From: a bacterium
Lineage (GTDB): Bacteria > Bacteroidota > Ignavibacteria > UBA10030
Assembly (NCBI GenBank): GCA_043803945.1
Contig: JAZDJN010000014.1
Span: 1 to 39,248, forward strand
Reading direction: 5' to 3'
Length of the DNA stretch: 39,248 bases
Each line of letters begins with the position of its first letter. The stretch's first letter is position 1. Below the pieces are notes generated by a model. That model was given only the letters and a program-made list of their open reading frames with translations, searched no databases and was not told the DNA's origin. This document shows positions 38,107 through 39,248 of the stretch, in pieces. A program made the translations under genes and the position numbers.

Positions 38107-38248
38107 GCCTAACGAATCGTGCTTGCGACGCTCGCTCGTTTGGTTATGTCGAATAAGAATCTAAATAAAGGTATGTCAGTTGTGCTCGCTCCATTTCGTG
38201 CCGCCACAGTAATTGATTGTTCATAGTGGCAGCACTCAGACGTTGGCG
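38107..38248 (+). other. attC-like integron recombination site
   Basis: R'' GCCTAAC, 5-bp spacer, L'' GTGCT(T)GCGAC ... L' GTGGCAGCAC, 6-bp spacer, R' GTTGGCG; one extrahelical T. Confidence 0.6.
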
Positions 38249-38290
38249 CCACGCAGCCTCGTCAATAATTACCATATACAGGAAACCAGT

Positions 38291-38866
38291 ATGCCCACAG
38301 CAGATCAAGAAACTCAGAAACGAAGACTCTCCCTCCGTAAGTACACTCCAAACCTCATCACTGGTATATTTACCGTACTAGGGATTGTCATCGGATTCTT
38401 GCTTAATCAGATATTCCTGCCCAGAACCTCGGTTGTTTCTGAACGTTCGGAGCTCCGTAAAGAAATATTGAAGCTTCAGTACCCACACCTGCAGAAGCTT
38501 AAACGCATCGCCGAGATTGGTGGCTTTGTTTACTTTCAAAGTTTCACTCGCGTCTATATGTCCTCCAACAGGACTGTACTGGGTGAGGACAAGGAAGGCA
38601 TCAAAGTGAAAATAGCCGGCGTCGCCGCAGACACTACTCTCCGCAAGGAGTGGTTTTCGTTAGTGCAGGAAATCGATAAGGCAAAGGATGTCCTTGATTC
38701 GGACGTATACCAACTCTTTGCGACAGTTCGTTCGTTCCTCAATGACCATCCTTTCCCAAAACGTGTAGGACGAGAAGAGTTCATCAAGTCACCTTGGGCA
38801 TCAACAGAGACAATCGGTCATTGGATTTCGCTCAATGAACATCTAGCCCAAGTTCGACAGTTGTGA
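38291..38866 (+). CDS. Hypothetical single-TM protein (cassette ORF), 3' end disrupted by IS1634
   Basis: ATG after AGGA, TM segment LITGIFTVLGIVIGFLL; the last codons lie in the IS terminal sequence. Confidence 0.65.
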   Translation: MPTADQETQKRRLSLRKYTPNLITGIFTVLGIVIGFLLNQIFLPRTSVVSERSELRKEILKLQYPHLQKLKRIAEIGGFVYFQSFTRVYMSSNRTVLGEDKEGIKVKIAGVAADTTLRKEWFSLVQEIDKAKDVLDSDVYQLFATVRSFLNDHPFPKRVGREEFIKSPWASTETIGHWISLNEHLAQVRQL

Positions 38867-39248
38867 AGAAAAGATGGCGATTCCGTTGAGCATAGGGCAT
38901 AAATGTTAAAAAGTCGGCACTACATTTTTGAGTTTCAATTCGAGTCGTTCAGGTGGTCTCAGATCGAGTCTCTGAAGCAAGAGGGCCAGAGGCGGCTCCG
39001 GTTTCGAGATGCACCGGAGTCTGATCTCGATTTGCGTGCGCGTCAGAAGAACGACATCGATGAGCGTCAGGTTTTTAATTTCTTCAAGAACAGTTCTTGG
39101 CTCATTGCCCAAGCCTGATCGCTTGCATATCTGGCCGAGAGATTTCCAGAGCACATAGGCAAGGAAGCACACCAGGATGTGGGCCTGCACGCGGTCCTCT
39201 CGTTGGTGCCAGATAGGACGAAGCTTCAAGTCCTGTTTGTGAATGCGG
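38847..39248 (-). mobile_element. IS1634-family insertion sequence, right end (partial)
   Basis: Transposase C-terminus plus terminal CAACTGTCGAACTTGGG (- strand) abutting CTAG at 38843-38846. Confidence 0.75.
38906..39247 (-). CDS. IS1634-family transposase, C-terminal part (partial)
   Basis: RIHKQDLKLRPIWHQREDRVQAHILVCFLAY is the IS1634 DDE C-terminal signature. Confidence 0.9.
   Translation of the reverse strand, partial: RIHKQDLKLRPIWHQREDRVQAHILVCFLAYVLWKSLGQICKRSGLGNEPRTVLEEIKNLTLIDVVLLTRTQIEIRLRCISKPEPPLALLLQRLDLRPPERLELKLKNVVPTF

Noticed and set aside
817-39118. Numerous short antisense or overlapping ORFs in the track (e.g. 3756-4424, 23046-23498, 35174-35548, 38903-39118)
   Set aside because: Shadows of well-supported genes with no motifs of their own.

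Overview
This window reads as chromosomal DNA from an Ignavibacteria-like (Bacteroidota/Chlorobi) bacterium. The placement is inferred from a T9SS C-terminal domain of the 'LDQNYPNPFNPSTTI' type, a DUF3098-like gene, a bacterial-type ProRS, and canonical sigma70 promoters and SD sites. Left end (1-133): 3' end of an IS4-family (IS50/Tn5-like) element. 281-15369 (- strand): a carbohydrate/glycoconjugate-utilisation cluster. It holds a class V PLP enzyme, a fused sugar-binding protein-permease, group III PfkA, a second permease, two (alpha/alpha)6 glycoside hydrolases, an APC permease, a GH29 fucosidase remnant and a secreted multidomain HEXXH protein. 15529-32797 (+ strand): mostly housekeeping genes (PAP2, TPR, tRNA-Arg, proS, ALDH, dnaE, trxA, aspS, frameshifted prfB, LolCDE-type ABC, candidate sRNA, DUF3098, tRNA-Lys). 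Downstream of tRNA-Lys lies an accessory region with nested palindromic repeats, an orphan RelB/DinJ antitoxin, a 14-repeat beta-propeller T9SS cargo, integron-like cassettes with an attC-like site, and an IS1634-family element. The most notable unannotated signals are a cassette bounded by a 44-bp inverted repeat, small palindromes inserted without target duplication into other hairpins, a candidate ~80-nt sRNA with two C-rich loops, and the putative glycopeptide-utilisation locus. Family assignments come from recognised motifs only; no database searches were run.
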